DNA of 64,000 bases from the human T2T-CHM13v2.0 reference genome, Homo sapiens, in the NCBI RefSeq assembly GCF_009914755.1, contig NC_060934.1; one strand, given 5' to 3'. The notes below the pieces were generated by a model, which was given only the letters and a program-made list of their open reading frames with translations, was not told the DNA's origin and ran no database searches. A program made the position numbers and the translations under genes. Below are positions 15,725 to 28,209 of the stretch, piece by piece; the stretch's first letter is position 1; each line of letters begins with the position of its first letter.

Positions 15725-16254
15725 ATTTTATGTATTTATTTTATTTCAATGGTTTTGGGAGGAACAGGTGGTTTTTGGTTACATGAATAAATTCTTTAGT
15801 GGTGATTTCTTAGATTTTGGTGCACCCATCACGTGAGCAGTGTACATTATACCAATATGTTGTCTTTTATCCGTCACCCCACTCCTTGAATAACTAAAAG
15901 TAGAACTACTGTTCGATCCAGCAATCCCTCTACTGGGTATCTACCCAAAGGAAAAGAAGTAAATTATATGAGAAAGACACATGCACACACATGTTTATAG
16001 CAGCACAATTTGCAACTGCAAAAATATGGAATCAGCCTAAGTGCCCATCAACCAACGAGTGGATAAAGAAAATGTGGTATATGTGAACCATGGAATACTA
16101 CTCAGCCATAAAATGGAATGAAATAATGGTCTTTGCAGCAACTTGGTTGGAGCTGGAGGCCATTATTCTAAGTGAAGTAACTCAGGAATGGAAAACCAAG
16201 TATCTTGTGTTCTCACTTGCAAGTGGGAACTAAGCTATGAGGATGCAAAGGCAT
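15725..16254 (-). mobile_element. Short 5'-inverted L1PB-like insertion
   Basis: 3' tail on - strand (~15725-15885) abuts the upstream ORF2-end/3'UTR segment on + strand (~15890-16254). Confidence 0.85.
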
Positions 16255-16580
16255 TCCAGTACTTGGAAACATATTTCTTCAAATGTTGCTCTACTGGGGG
16301 GCTCTTTTGCGTGTTTGAGATTTTTGAGATCTGCTGACATAGACTTCTCAGAAATCTTAGAACAAGTGCCCACAGAGGCTCCTGGAGTAAGCAAGCAAAG
16401 GCTGAGCATGAGATGTTCTTGTTCACTGATGCAATGGATGGTGCTGCAGGTCGTGCTACCAGTAGCAGTCACTGACTCCCTTAATGGGAATGCAGTTTTT
16501 AGAAAGTATAAGAAATATTTTAAAAACCAAATCCAGTCCTCAAATGCAGTTAACATTTTTTCTTATTTGTTTTCCTTCAG

Positions 16581-16618
16581 CTTACAGACATCTCCTCAAA
16601 TAGGAAGCCCAAATGCCT
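16581..16618 (+). CDS. ZNF365: ZNF365 isoform A short coding exon (38 bp)
   Basis: Acceptor ttttccttcag| ends 16580; reads CTT ACA GAC ATC TCC TCA AAT AGG AAG CCC AAA TGC CT (LTDISSNRKPKC + 2 nt); donor |gtatgt at 16619. Phases join the flanking exons in frame. Confidence 0.92.
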
Positions 16619-17034
16619 GTATGTATGTATTTTTATACTTGGGCCATTTGATAATGTTTGTATTGTATGTTTTCCTGTTGCATTTTATATGAGATCGTAT
16701 CTATTTTATATGATATCTATATTATAAATGGCTTTGGGAGGCTTAAGTGAAAACTGACCTGCATGTGTATCTAACTTTGTGAAAAGTTGATGTGACCTTT
16801 CAATATCCTACTAGTCTATTAGTATATGCCACTATGATGGCACTGGAGGAATATTTTTAGAGTATTATATAGTATAACTTTCTCTTATTGAGGTATAGTG
16901 TGGTCATAATAACTCTATAGTACTATTAATGTAGTTCATGTACTACATTGTTTATGTAAATTCATCCTGGCAGTCATATGCTTTACAACATCTATGCAGT
17001 GAATTTGTCTGAGTCTGCTAGTCGTCACTTAACA

Positions 17035-17160
17035 AGTCAAGAGACATGAGTTCTGGTCCCATCTTCTCCATAGACCAACTGTCTGTATTATTCGGGGTAG
17101 TCATTAACATTTTCTATACCTCAGTCTTATCACTGTAAATAGAACTAGTAATATCTCCCT
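17035..17160 (+). mobile_element. MIR fragment in the last intron
   Basis: gagacatgagttctggtccc...gtcattaacattttctatacctcagtcttatcactgtaaatag. Confidence 0.6.
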
Positions 17161-17368
17161 GGGAATTTAGTACCATGTGATCTTTTCATGGCGACCACAG
17201 GAATTTTTGGAAGAAAAATACTCATATTATGATTTGCCTTTGTGGTAGCATTATCACCACTGTAGCATGTAGGAGAGATTGTGCCATGAGTAATTATTCT
17301 TTTAAGGTTTTAAAGAAATCTTTCTTTCTGCTCATCTCTTCTCCACTCCCCCCTCCAACCCTCTGTAG

Positions 17369-17630
17369 AAGCCGAGGGCACCCGCATTCGGTATGTAACC
17401 ACCCTGATCTCAAGTCCCATTTCCACCCAAAGGGAAGGAACCACCTGAAAAAGGCCAAGGATGACAGAGCCAGCATGCAGCCTGCCAAGGCCATTCACGA
17501 ACAGGCTGAGTCCTCAAGAGACCTCTGCAGACCTCCAAAGAAAGGGGAGCTCCTGGGGTTTGGCCGCAAAGGCAACATCAGGCCCAAAATGGCTAAAAAA
17601 AAGCCAACAGCCATTGTGAACATCATCTAA
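17369..17630 (+). CDS. ZNF365: ZNF365 isoform A terminal exon, coding part
   Basis: C/T-rich tract and ctctgtag| ending 17368; CT+A=Leu, then SRGHPHSVCNHPDLKSHFHPKGRNHLKK...RPKMAKKKPTAIVNII, stop TAA 17628-17630. Matches the recalled ZNF365 isoform A C-terminus. Confidence 0.95.
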
Positions 17631-20290
17631 AAGGGTGGGTGGTGCTGGACCAATCATCGCTGGGCTTTGGGGAACGTTGTTCCAGGAGCCAACAGTAATG
17701 TCTTTCTGGAAACATTCCATAGTAAGACACATTGGAAAAGCCAAGGGCATAACACAGGCAAGCACCTCAATTAACCAGAGCTTAGCAAATGGGAATCTTA
17801 GTGAACCAGAATTTTATTATAACCCCCTTTTAGAAGCTTGCAAATTACAGAAAGAATAAAAAAATTAAATCAATCTTAAAGCTCTAACTTCTAAAGTAAC
17901 TGGCCCAGTCTCCAGTAATCTTGGCATCTGGGCTTCTATGCAGTGGTCACTAATTTTCAGGACCAAGGCCACACAAAATGTCAGGCCTAGGGAGAAAATT
18001 CATCTGTGCCCACTGCTCTCCAAAGTGCGAGGCAAGGAATGGCAGTGTAAAGTTCTGTTAATAGCAGTAAAATGAAAATATTTGTGTTTGTGTATAACCT
18101 TCCCCTCAGCTAATTTGAAAGCCTCCAAAATAAGGATTCCCATTCCCCGAGTATTCTGGTTAATCAAGATTTCAATTTCTGGGTTGCTCAAGGGACTCGT
18201 TCAGTCAGACTTCAGTTCTCATTCCGACAGGGTGTCTTTCAGTTCGTTTGTTTGATTGAGGTTTTTTGGTGGCCTAGATGCATGTTTATTCAGATTTTGG
18301 TACACCTCTGCCGTCTTCTTTGGCTGAGTATTCTGCACCCACAGACCATGCTGCCAGCCTCTATCTTAATAGCTGCTTCTGTGGATATGGCTGGGGAGCG
18401 AAGTAAAATCCTCTTTTGATTAGCACCCAGCATGGGCTGGGTGGCTAGGTGGTTGGAATGACAGTGGACTGCACGCTTGGTGCATCGTGCATCGTGACCA
18501 TCCTGGAAGCACTGCGGGTGTCGCCAAGCCCTTTCCTAAGACCTGCTTCCCGGCCAGTGTCAGTGGCCCTCTCTCTCTCTGCTATGGGCATGACTTTCTC
18601 TTCGCTGGCTTAACTTTTCCACTGGGTGGTTCACTTTGCCTCCTGCTGCTTCTGTGCCCTGTTAAGGCTTCAGGTATCTTTCAACCAAGTATCTGGAGTG
18701 TTCACTCTATGTTGCATTCTAAAGTAATTTCTGAAATAAACAATGCATGTAGGAGCCAGAATCTGACACTGTCTTCCCCTCCTTCCCTCCCTAAAATGGC
18801 TTTAGTTTCCACAAAGAGCTGTTAAGAATTTCCTGCTGTATGATTTTCCTCAAGAATGAATTTCCATGTTATTTTTTCCTTAAATTTAGCAATATCATCA
18901 GGTCTCTTGCAGAGTTTACAAGTGCTGACATTCTTCTGAAAACAGGAATAATTTTGTCCACAAATATATACATATATACATATATATAACACATACAAAA
19001 TATATATGTTAAGTATATTAATAATTTATTTTTAAATACTCATGGAGAAAGTGTGTGTTTGTGGTGGGTGGTTTTTAAACTATATATGTTTGTTCATGTA
19101 AACTGAATTCTCTTATTTAAAAAATCAAAACTGTAACGTAATTAACATTGGCAGAATTATGATTGTTACTGCAATAAGCATCAAATTAGCAGCGCATTAA
19201 AAATAGGAAATAAAGCAGTTGCTTAAAATGCCAGTCAATTGAAAAGTGTAACTTATCATTATACAAACATTCTGAACCTACCATAATGAAAATGTTCTTG
19301 AATCTTCACTTTGACTTTCAGTTTATGGGGGGGTAGATCATTCATGTGATATATAAGCAGCTATCAAGTGGGCAAAAACATTGCTGTGAATAGCACTGTT
19401 TAGGCTAACATTGTAAAAATTGTAATGTTATAATTATTATTTATTTGGAGAATTAACTTCCCCCTCTAAAGTTATTTATTATTGATGCTTATACCATGAT
19501 TGCACCTTAGCCTTTTACATACTAAAAACATGACTTGTTAGTTGTATTGCATGCTCTTTGTCCTGTAATGTGTGTGCAATGACAACTTGTTTCTGTTTTA
19601 TTTAAAGTAACTGACATTTTGGATTTTCATCTAACATAGAGGGCATGGCAACTCTCTTTGACAGTGGTACCCCATGATCTTCAGAAAGTACCATAATGTC
19701 ATCCTACTCTACATTTCACAAGACGAATTATTTTGAGATTTGTTTATTATATTAAAATGTTTTTTTACGTTCCCACTAAATTTTGACCCCATATAAAGAA
19801 ATGTGTTATGTATGTTGTGCCTCCTTAGAGACATAAATTTAGTGTCAAAACATGGGAGATGGCTTACTCAGAAGCATACTCCACTTAACATACCATGGCC
19901 TGAGCTAAGTACCATGTCCTGTTTGTGTCTTATTTTTAAATATTTTCTTTGTCCACATGGGCCGTTGACCTTAGAGTTAAGGCGGTTGCTTTTTTGAAGA
20001 AATCACCAAAGTTTCTGGGAAACTATGTTCAAGGTTGAAATGGAGAGTAGATTTAATTTTATTTGTCTTGTAGGGAAGAAATCTTCCTTTGAACCGCTTT
20101 TCTTGCTTTTTCCCTTTTTCCCAAACTAGGTTACAGGTTCTTATCTGCAAGGTTCAAGTTGCTTAGACATTGTTTTCCAGTATTCTGCAGGGCCAGTCAG
20201 TTGTACAGAAGTTGGAATATTCTGTTCCAGAATTAAAGAAGTTTTTAGATTATGAAATATTATGATAATAAAGCTATATTTCTGACTAAT
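17631..20290 (+). other. ZNF365: ZNF365 isoform A 3'UTR (~2.65 kb)
   Basis: Follows the stop codon, contains no recognisable interspersed repeat, is AU-rich, and ends at AATAAA plus a GU/U-rich downstream element. Exact cleavage site is inferred. Confidence 0.8.
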
Positions 20291-20310
20291 GTGTTGATAT
20301 GTTTTGTCTA
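20267..20310 (+). terminator. Distal polyadenylation signal of ZNF365 isoform A
   Basis: AATAAA 20267-20272 (ATTAAA also at 20232-20237); probable cleavage near 20288; downstream gtgttgatatgttttgtct is GU/U-rich. Confidence 0.8.
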
Positions 20311-20830
20311 GTTGGAGTGTTTTTTGGGGAGCCAAGTATGTTGATCCACTAACAGGAAACAAAATGGTCCTTCCTGAATAAGCTGTTCATCATACATATA
20401 ATCACCAGGATCTTGTGTACCTATAGGTTTTCTTAACTTAGCTAGATCATTTTTGTTCATCATAATTCCTATATCTAAAAGTTATTTTTACATATGTTCA
20501 CACTGAGACAGCTTCATTAAAAGCCCATTTGGCACTTTTCCCCATCTTCCTCCACAACCATGAGTAATTTTCCTACACTGTATTTTTAAACTTGTCATCT
20601 CTTAGCAATTCATAAACAGATTTCACAGTATATATCCCAGCCTGTATATGCTATACATCCAAGACATTGCAAAGCCCAGAGAGTGATCAGAATAGATAAC
20701 AGAGAGAAGTATGTGTCTGGTGGAATTAGCCATTGTTCTTTTAAGAACCATGAAATCAGGAAAATTTAGGGAACTCCATTTGTTTAGGAGCTGTGAGAGT
20801 TATTCAGGAGGTGACCTTAGTCTGCACTTA

Positions 20831-21576
<746 letters not shown>

Positions 21577-22009
21577 TAGTTATGTCAAGGTTAATGGGTT
21601 CCCCAGGTTATAGTGTTTTTGAGAAATAGCTGTGACATTCCTGATTATCTCAGTTTATTAGAAAACATAAATCCCAATATCTTGATTCTGCTCAATCTGG
21701 ATCCTTCAGAAGTGAATTCCAGGGGTGGCATGCCTGCGTGATCCCAAAAAGAAGCCCCGGAGCAATTTCAAATGTTTAAATGATGAAGAGCTTTAGAAAT
21801 TGAATTCCTTTTTGTGGAATTAAGTAAATTTTTTCTTTTGTGTTCCTTTTTTTTGTTCATGTTCTGGGTCAGAACACAACTGAAATTTTCATTTAAGAAA
21901 AGAGTATTCGAACTATAGCCCTATGTTAAATTTACTCTGGATCTTCAGCTATTATTCCAGGATGGAAAAGAGTTTTTCCAGTAGAGGAACCTCACATATA
22001 GGCAGGCTA

Positions 22010-22610
22010 GATTCTCCTTCCCACCCTGTAATGGGGACACTGATACATTTTGCATATGTGGAGGTAGATGCCTAGGATGGTAAATGAGAACTTTGGTACC
22101 AATATCCTGTGAGAAGAGGAGAGATTATTGCTGCCCTTAAGTATCTGAGGTGTTATCACATAGAAAAATACATATTTTGTGTGGCTGCAAAAGATATTAC
22201 TGAGATCTGTGAGAGAAAGTTCTGAGGAAGCAGATGTCAAATTACTAAATGTAAAATTTCTAAGCACAACGGAATAGGTCACCTAGTTAAAAAGCGAGCT
22301 CCCTGTCTCTGAGCTACTATTTCCTTTGAGTACTACTTTTCTCTTAGCTACTCCTTTTCTCAGCCATTGTTCTTTTTAGAACCATGAAATCAGGAAAATT
22401 TAGGGGACTCCATTTGCTTAGGGGCTGTGAGAGTTATTTGAGAGGTGACCTTAGTCTGCCCTTATAGTTGACCCTTGAACAGTGCAAGGGTTAGGGACAC
22501 CGACTCCTGCGTAATTCAAAATCCATGAGTAACTTTTGATTGGGATTCTACATTGGGTTGGGAATTGGGCTGGGTTCTTCCAAAAATACTTGTAGTCTTG
22601 GGATTCTATT
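22010..22610 (+). mobile_element. L3 (CR1) LINE 3' end, interrupted at ~22311-22539
   Basis: ttgctgcccttaagtatctgagg, ttttgtgtggctgcaaaag and gagctccctgtctctg, then after the insert gggattctacattgggttgggaattgggct...gggattctat, all collinear with the recalled L3 3' end. Confidence 0.7.
22362..22539 (+). repeat. 178-bp direct copy of 20728-20905
   Basis: Ungapped manual alignment with about 11 mismatches (~94% identity), offset 1634 bp. Confidence 0.97.
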
Positions 22611-23869
22611 GTTTTATATATGTATTGATGTTACATTAATGTAAATGTTGGCCACATAAAACTTAGTGTCAACATGGTAACTTGATTTTGGAGATTTTAT
22701 TTCACTGACTTGGGCTTTGCAAAGTTTGTAAATTTTGTAAAGTTACAAAGATAACACGCACCCATATTTATCCTTACAGAATCCTTTTGAAGCAAGTAGG
22801 GCTGAGGAGGTACAATTTTCTACTCTCAGCAGGTGGAGAAACAGCAGTTGGGGAAACAGGAGATGTACATCTTGTACTATTACCTCAGGATGATGTGCTT
22901 CTTGGAACGGAAGCATCTCACCTCCCTGAATGTGATTTCAGTGTTTAAAGAGAAGGTACATTTTTTGTTACAACATGGCTCCTGAATGCAAGCCAGGAAC
23001 CTCATCTGGTGTTCAGTTAAATCAACAGCAGTTCTTTCCAGCACTGGAAGATAAATTGGCAATGTTGGACTTAGAGATGGTGTGTGTCATGTCAGGCTCC
23101 AGCATCGTGCCTTCTTCAGGCATTTTCCAGGTAGTTTTGATTATTCTTCAGCTTTTGCCTTTCTTATGAATATACTTAAGAAGGTGACATCATCACATTT
23201 TGCAATGAGAGGGGGGCTTATGATGGCTTGAAAGGGTTTCCAGGGCCCAGGAACGCCTCTGTGACAGAGCTTGAGTGAGAAAAAGGAATTGTCCTTCTAC
23301 ATCTCAGCCAATGCTCCTTCACCGTGTTCTGCCTCCTCATTGACAAAACTCCAAAAAATGATCCTGTATGCATTTGTTGATTACATAAAAGTTCTCAGTG
23401 TCCTAAAATTCTGTTTAACATTTATGATTGGTTATTGCACCTATGCAAGCCACTATGGGAGTTATAGACGTTGCCACTCTGTAAGCTCAAGACCTCTGCC
23501 ACCCTTTAGAGATGAGGACCCCAACTTGCCAAGGAATTTCGAAGTCTCAGATTGAAGTCTGTTAGATTTTAGTGCATATGTTTGTGGACATTTCACATTG
23601 GTTGTTTGCTGACTAACAAGTGGCATTGTTCACTTTGGTTGAGTATATCATACAGAAACAGAAAGATGGTTTTATATCTCAACCTCTCCTCTTTCCAAGC
23701 CCTAATTATTTGTTCAAGGGTGAACCCCACTTCCCCATTCTCAGGAATGTACTTTATTTTTATCTTTAAGTGTGCCTGTAGCTTGAAATTATAGCTAACA
23801 CTTCTCATATAGTCCTAAACACAGAGATCTGGTAGAGGGAACCAAGATTCTTAAAGGGTAAGGGATACC

Positions 23870-24397
23870 CGAGGAGCTTAGAGTGGGTAAGGGCAAGAGG
23901 AGTGGACACACAGTTAGTTATTGGGACGAAGATCAAAGCATTGAATTTGCCCCGCATGCCCTGGCTCTGGCCTGTCTCTCCACTCCAGCCAGCACCAGAC
24001 CTCTTGCTCCTTTCCAGCCACTGCCTTCCTTTCAGAGAGAGCAGAGCTCTCTCCATGCACTGCTTCCCTGACATGTGTCTTCTGCCTGGAATGGACTTCT
24101 CTTTCTTTTTCATCTAGTTAATTTCTGTTCAGCCTTCAGATTTGAGATCAATTGTCACTTCCAAGGCAGCTTCATAACTCTCAGAATACCATGTACCTAT
24201 TCCTTGTAGGACTGATTCTAGGTGCCCCTTTATAATATTTAATGGTGTGATGACTTGACTCATATCTGCCTTCCCCACTGTTCTGTCATTTCCATAAAAA
24301 GGGGCCAAGTCTGTACCTTTTATCCCTAGTATGTCCCCAGTGCCAGATGCAGTACCCAGCATAGGGTGGGTCCTCAATAAGGTATTTGTGGAGTATG
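23870..24397 (+). mobile_element. L2 3' fragment
   Basis: ttctgcctggaatg...ttcagatttgagatcaattgtcacttcc...cccagcatagggtgggtcctcaataaggtatttgtggagt. Confidence 0.75.
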
Positions 24398-24964
24398 GGA
24401 ACATCAGTGGCCTCAGATATGCTAAAAAAGAAAACTACAATGAGAAAATGGACTTTCTTCCAGCTGGGGAGGATCAAAGAGGAAGTAGTGTTTGCAGAAT
24501 GAACAGGATTGGAGTTAGCAAAACAGCAGAGCATTTTAGGCAGTCTGAGTGTGGTCATGGAGGTAGAAAGCATAGGACAAGTGAACCCTGGGAAGTAACA
24601 TAATTTTTCCTTGAATATCCATTTCTTGGCCAGTCTGTCTCCCATTTTAAGCGTAAGCCCCTCAGGTCTGCAGCTATCCTGTAGTGTTGTATCCCATTGT
24701 GAGAGAACTGTATCTACCCTGATGCTCCAGCACCTAGCACTGGGCCTGCCGCTGTGTAGAGATTCAGGAGATCCAGTGAGACAGCATCATTCCTGGAACC
24801 TGGGCAGGGGCTCACCTTGCCAGAGGGTCAAGTATCTCCAGCTCCAGGAAGAGAAAAACTACAACAGTATGGAACCAGGCAGAGCACTGGAGCACTCTGC
24901 TTCTGCTTCTAAGGGTCCTTCCAGCAAGGGCTGGAGCCCACAAACTGGCTGTCACTCCTCTTAT

Positions 24965-25553
24965 TGAAGCCATTCCTACAAACTTTATAAAATTAATCAG
25001 AGAAGCATGGAGGGGAGAAACAAAAATAAACCAAGCTGGCAGCACTGTCAGTGTTTGTTATGAGGTCAGCTTGCCCTCTGACCTGCTTCCCCATAGTGGT
25101 TTGTGGCCTATTGCCCCAGAATCATGCAGACCCTGCTGTAAGACTATAGCTCCCCTGAACTGCTGTATAGATAAAAACTCAAACACTACAAAACATTAAG
25201 CTTTTCCTTTGAGATATTCCTTCAGGTCCTGTGTACCAGTGAAACTACTGACACCTGCTTGCCTGAAGGACCCCACAAGAAGCTGACTCACTAAAGAATG
25301 CGGTTCCCACATTCCCTTTACCCTTCTTAGGAAAACTTTTGACTTTTGACCCTCACTGTCCCTGATCCCCTTAAAAACACCAGCCCAGGAAAAATCAGGG
25401 AGATGGATTTGAGGGTCTCCTCTCCTCTCCTCTCCTCTCCTCTCCTCACTCGGTGCCCTGTGATTGTTAAAGTCTTTCTCTGCTGCAAACCCTGCTGTCT
25501 CAGTGTATTGAACTATTACTGTGTAGAAGGCATATGAACCTGTTGGTCCTAAA
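24965..25553 (+). mobile_element. ERV1 solo LTR (LTR26-like)
   Basis: Starts tgaagccattcctacaaactttataaaattaatcag..ggggagaaacaaaaataaaccaagct; internal (CTCCT)n; cttat present at both flanks. Confidence 0.75.
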
Positions 25554-25730
25554 GCCTTATCAGTAGGTATTTTAATACTCTCCTTCTTTTAGCCTGCATC
25601 TATGGTAAGATAGAAAATACATGGTATTTCCTTCTGAATCCATGGTAGACATTGCTAATTGGCCAGGGTTATCTTTCCTGATGAACACAGACATAGCCTC
25701 AGAATCCTTCTTAACACAGCCTTAACCAGC

Positions 25731-25858
25731 TGTGGTAGGCAGAATGTCTACCTACCCAAACTTTTAACTTTGGAAGAACCCTTTAGATAATAACTATGTG
25801 TTGTTTAAGCCACTAAACTAGTGATAATTTGTTACAGCAGCCATAGAAAATGAGTATA
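25731..25858 (+). mobile_element. Internally deleted MLT1 (MaLR) solo LTR, 128 bp
   Basis: 5' tgtggtaggcagaat; 3' tgttgtttaagccactaa...aatttgttacagcagccatagaaaa; TSD CCAGC at 25726-25730 and 25859-25863. Confidence 0.75.
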
Positions 25859-26279
25859 CCAGCTAGTCAGCATACAAATCACAATCTATTTGCCCTTCCT
25901 CAACAATGGTGCAGTTGAAAGGGCACTGATCTTGGCATCCTGCTTTACAACTTACATCTGCTTTGACTGTGGGTCCAGTTTCCTCATCTGGAAAATAGAT
26001 AGAATGATGTCTTGCCTTGGCCATGTGGAAAGCACATGGGAACAACCATGAAGTCTTCTCTCTCCCCTAATAACTTTCTAATCAAGAACTTGAAAATAGA
26101 AAAACAAGATTCTTCCCTGTGTACTAAAACAAAGGGCAACGTTTAATGAACTCAAAGCAGAAAATCATTAAGTTACATTAAACAGTCTGAATGGTGGTAA
26201 AGAACTGACTATAACCTGTTTGAAGATATTAACCTATCTAATAGAAACAGATAGGTATTAACATATCTAAAGAAAGACA

Positions 26280-26445
26280 TCAGGCTCTGCCACTTACTAG
26301 TTTTATTATCTTGAGCAACTTATTTAATCGATTAGAGCCTCATTGTCTCTCTTTGTATTCAGGATCATGGTGCAGATTCAATAAGATATCCATATAAGGT
26401 TTTTAGCATAATACCTGGCACAGAGTCAGTACTTAATATATTTGT
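26280..26445 (+). mobile_element. MIR
   Basis: caggctctgccacttactagt...cttgagcaacttatttaa...ttagcataatacctggcacagagtcagtacttaata. Confidence 0.75.
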
Positions 26446-26799
26446 TTATTTGAGACTATTGGCTAAACACGGAGACTTAGAAAAGAGAGTGTCAGAAAAC
26501 AAATACTAACAGCATCTGTTGGGGGATATATGGGCCAGTAAATAAGATTCCCCTCCCAAGTTATGAATTAACCAATACTTATTAACACACAAGCCCAATG
26601 CCTAGAGACCAAAATATCAGAGCTACTGGCAAGACTAGATCGTAGAACAGCCTTTGGACTCATATCTTGATGCGTTGGTTTTGTACCTTCATGCAATTGC
26701 TTTGCTTTGCTTCTTAGCGTCCTATGTTTTTATTCTCCAGCAGGGTCAAGATAGCGTCTCTGATCTTCTTTTCTTGGTCTTACTTTCTCTACTCCAGCT

Positions 26800-27311
26800 G
26801 TAGTTGACATCTGCTCTTCTTTTTGGCTGTTCGGAATTCAAACCCCCTTCTTGTGACTGCAGGGAGATTCCTTCCCTAATGGGGTAGGGCCATCTCCTAC
26901 TTAGAAGCTGAAAATGCCACATGCTCATTTTCCTAGCTTTTCCTGAAACTGTGACTTAGAATCTGCCTATCAGATATGTCCACCCCAAGCTTCGGTCCAA
27001 AGGAATTAACTTAAAGAGGTAGGATGTGTATAAAATCCTGTCTGGTGATGGAAGAGAGTGGAGGCAGCAGCTCCATCCAGTTGCCTGAGGTATTGGCAAT
27101 GACAGTTCTGACAGCAGAATCCTAGTGTTTTCAGTAGACCAATTCAGTGGTATAATTTTGGCATTGTTCCTGGCTGGCTAGCACCTCCAGATCTGGTTCT
27201 CTGTCCTCCCCAGAGATAATGTGATGTAAGAATGCCATTTTAATAAACTCTTTTCTAACGAATCGCTAGAATCCGTCTCTGTTGCCTGCAACTAAGAACC
27301 CTGATGAATAG
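26800..27311 (+). mobile_element. ERVL LTR (LTR33-like)
   Basis: agaagctgaaaatgcca...; 3' end aataaactcttttct...tctgttgcctgcaactaagaaccctgatgaataga. Confidence 0.7.
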
Positions 27312-28209
27312 ACCACAGCTGCTTCAAGTACTTGGGGAAGTGAGGAACCATTTCCCTTTAAGGGTCTGTAGTGCATTCCAGTTGGGCTGTAATGAAGTGG
27401 TCATTGACTCTGTGGCACAAAAGGGTTTTTTTGTATTCTTAGCCCATTTCCTTCTTGTGCTTCAGGGTCAGGTACAGAGTACTACATATGCCTAATAGGA
27501 GGGAGCTGTTCCTCAAACAGAATAATCAGTTTGGCTCAATAGCTTAAACAAGCCCTGATTTAAGGCCTCACCAGATGGATCTTGTCAGAATCACTAGAGT
27601 TAACTAGATATTCATCCATCCAACCAACCAACCAACCATTCACCAATATTTATTTGGGGTCCTGTATAAGCCAGTCATGCAACAGTGGGTACAGGAGATA
27701 TAGCCTGCCAGATATATATGGGGGTAGCTGGTGAAGTTTTCTGAACCATCAGGGCCAATCCCATCTGAGCTATCAGGGCCAATTTCCTCTCTGTGATGGT
27801 GTCCACATTACCCTGACTGGCCCTAGTGCATTTATAGCCTTTTAGGATCACAGGATCTCAACAGAATCCCTGACTTAGTCATTCTCTGTCCCATGGCACT
27901 ATGTATTTTTTCAACAGCACTGACTTCTATCTGAAATTATCTTATTTATTGGTTTACTTGTTTATTGTCTTTCCCTTCCTTTTGCCTCACGGGACTGCTT
28001 TGTTGGTTTTGTTCACTGACTACTACTAAAATCCTGATTAACTAAGCCTTGTTCAAAGAACCAATAAATTGGTTCTGGAGAGAAAATTCTCTTGAGTTCT
28101 GATTTGGAGCAGGGCTAAGGGATAGCTACTGTTGACCAGGAGATTACAATGAAAAGACTTTGAGGAATTCCTGCAGTATGTAGAATGTATAGAGGAATCT
28201 CTCTCTCTC

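Noticed and set aside
16237-16692. 151-aa ORF spanning the 38-nt exon
   Set aside because: It crosses the exon in a different frame from ZNF365 and begins in an L1 end; a chance ORF.
17229-17368. N-terminal part of the 133-aa ORF
   Set aside because: It is intron, including the pyrimidine tract; only the part from 17369 is coding.
17590-17627. C-terminal KKKPTAIVNII as a CaaX or PDZ-binding motif
   Set aside because: No cysteine at -3, and Asn at -2 fits neither class I nor class II PDZ ligands.
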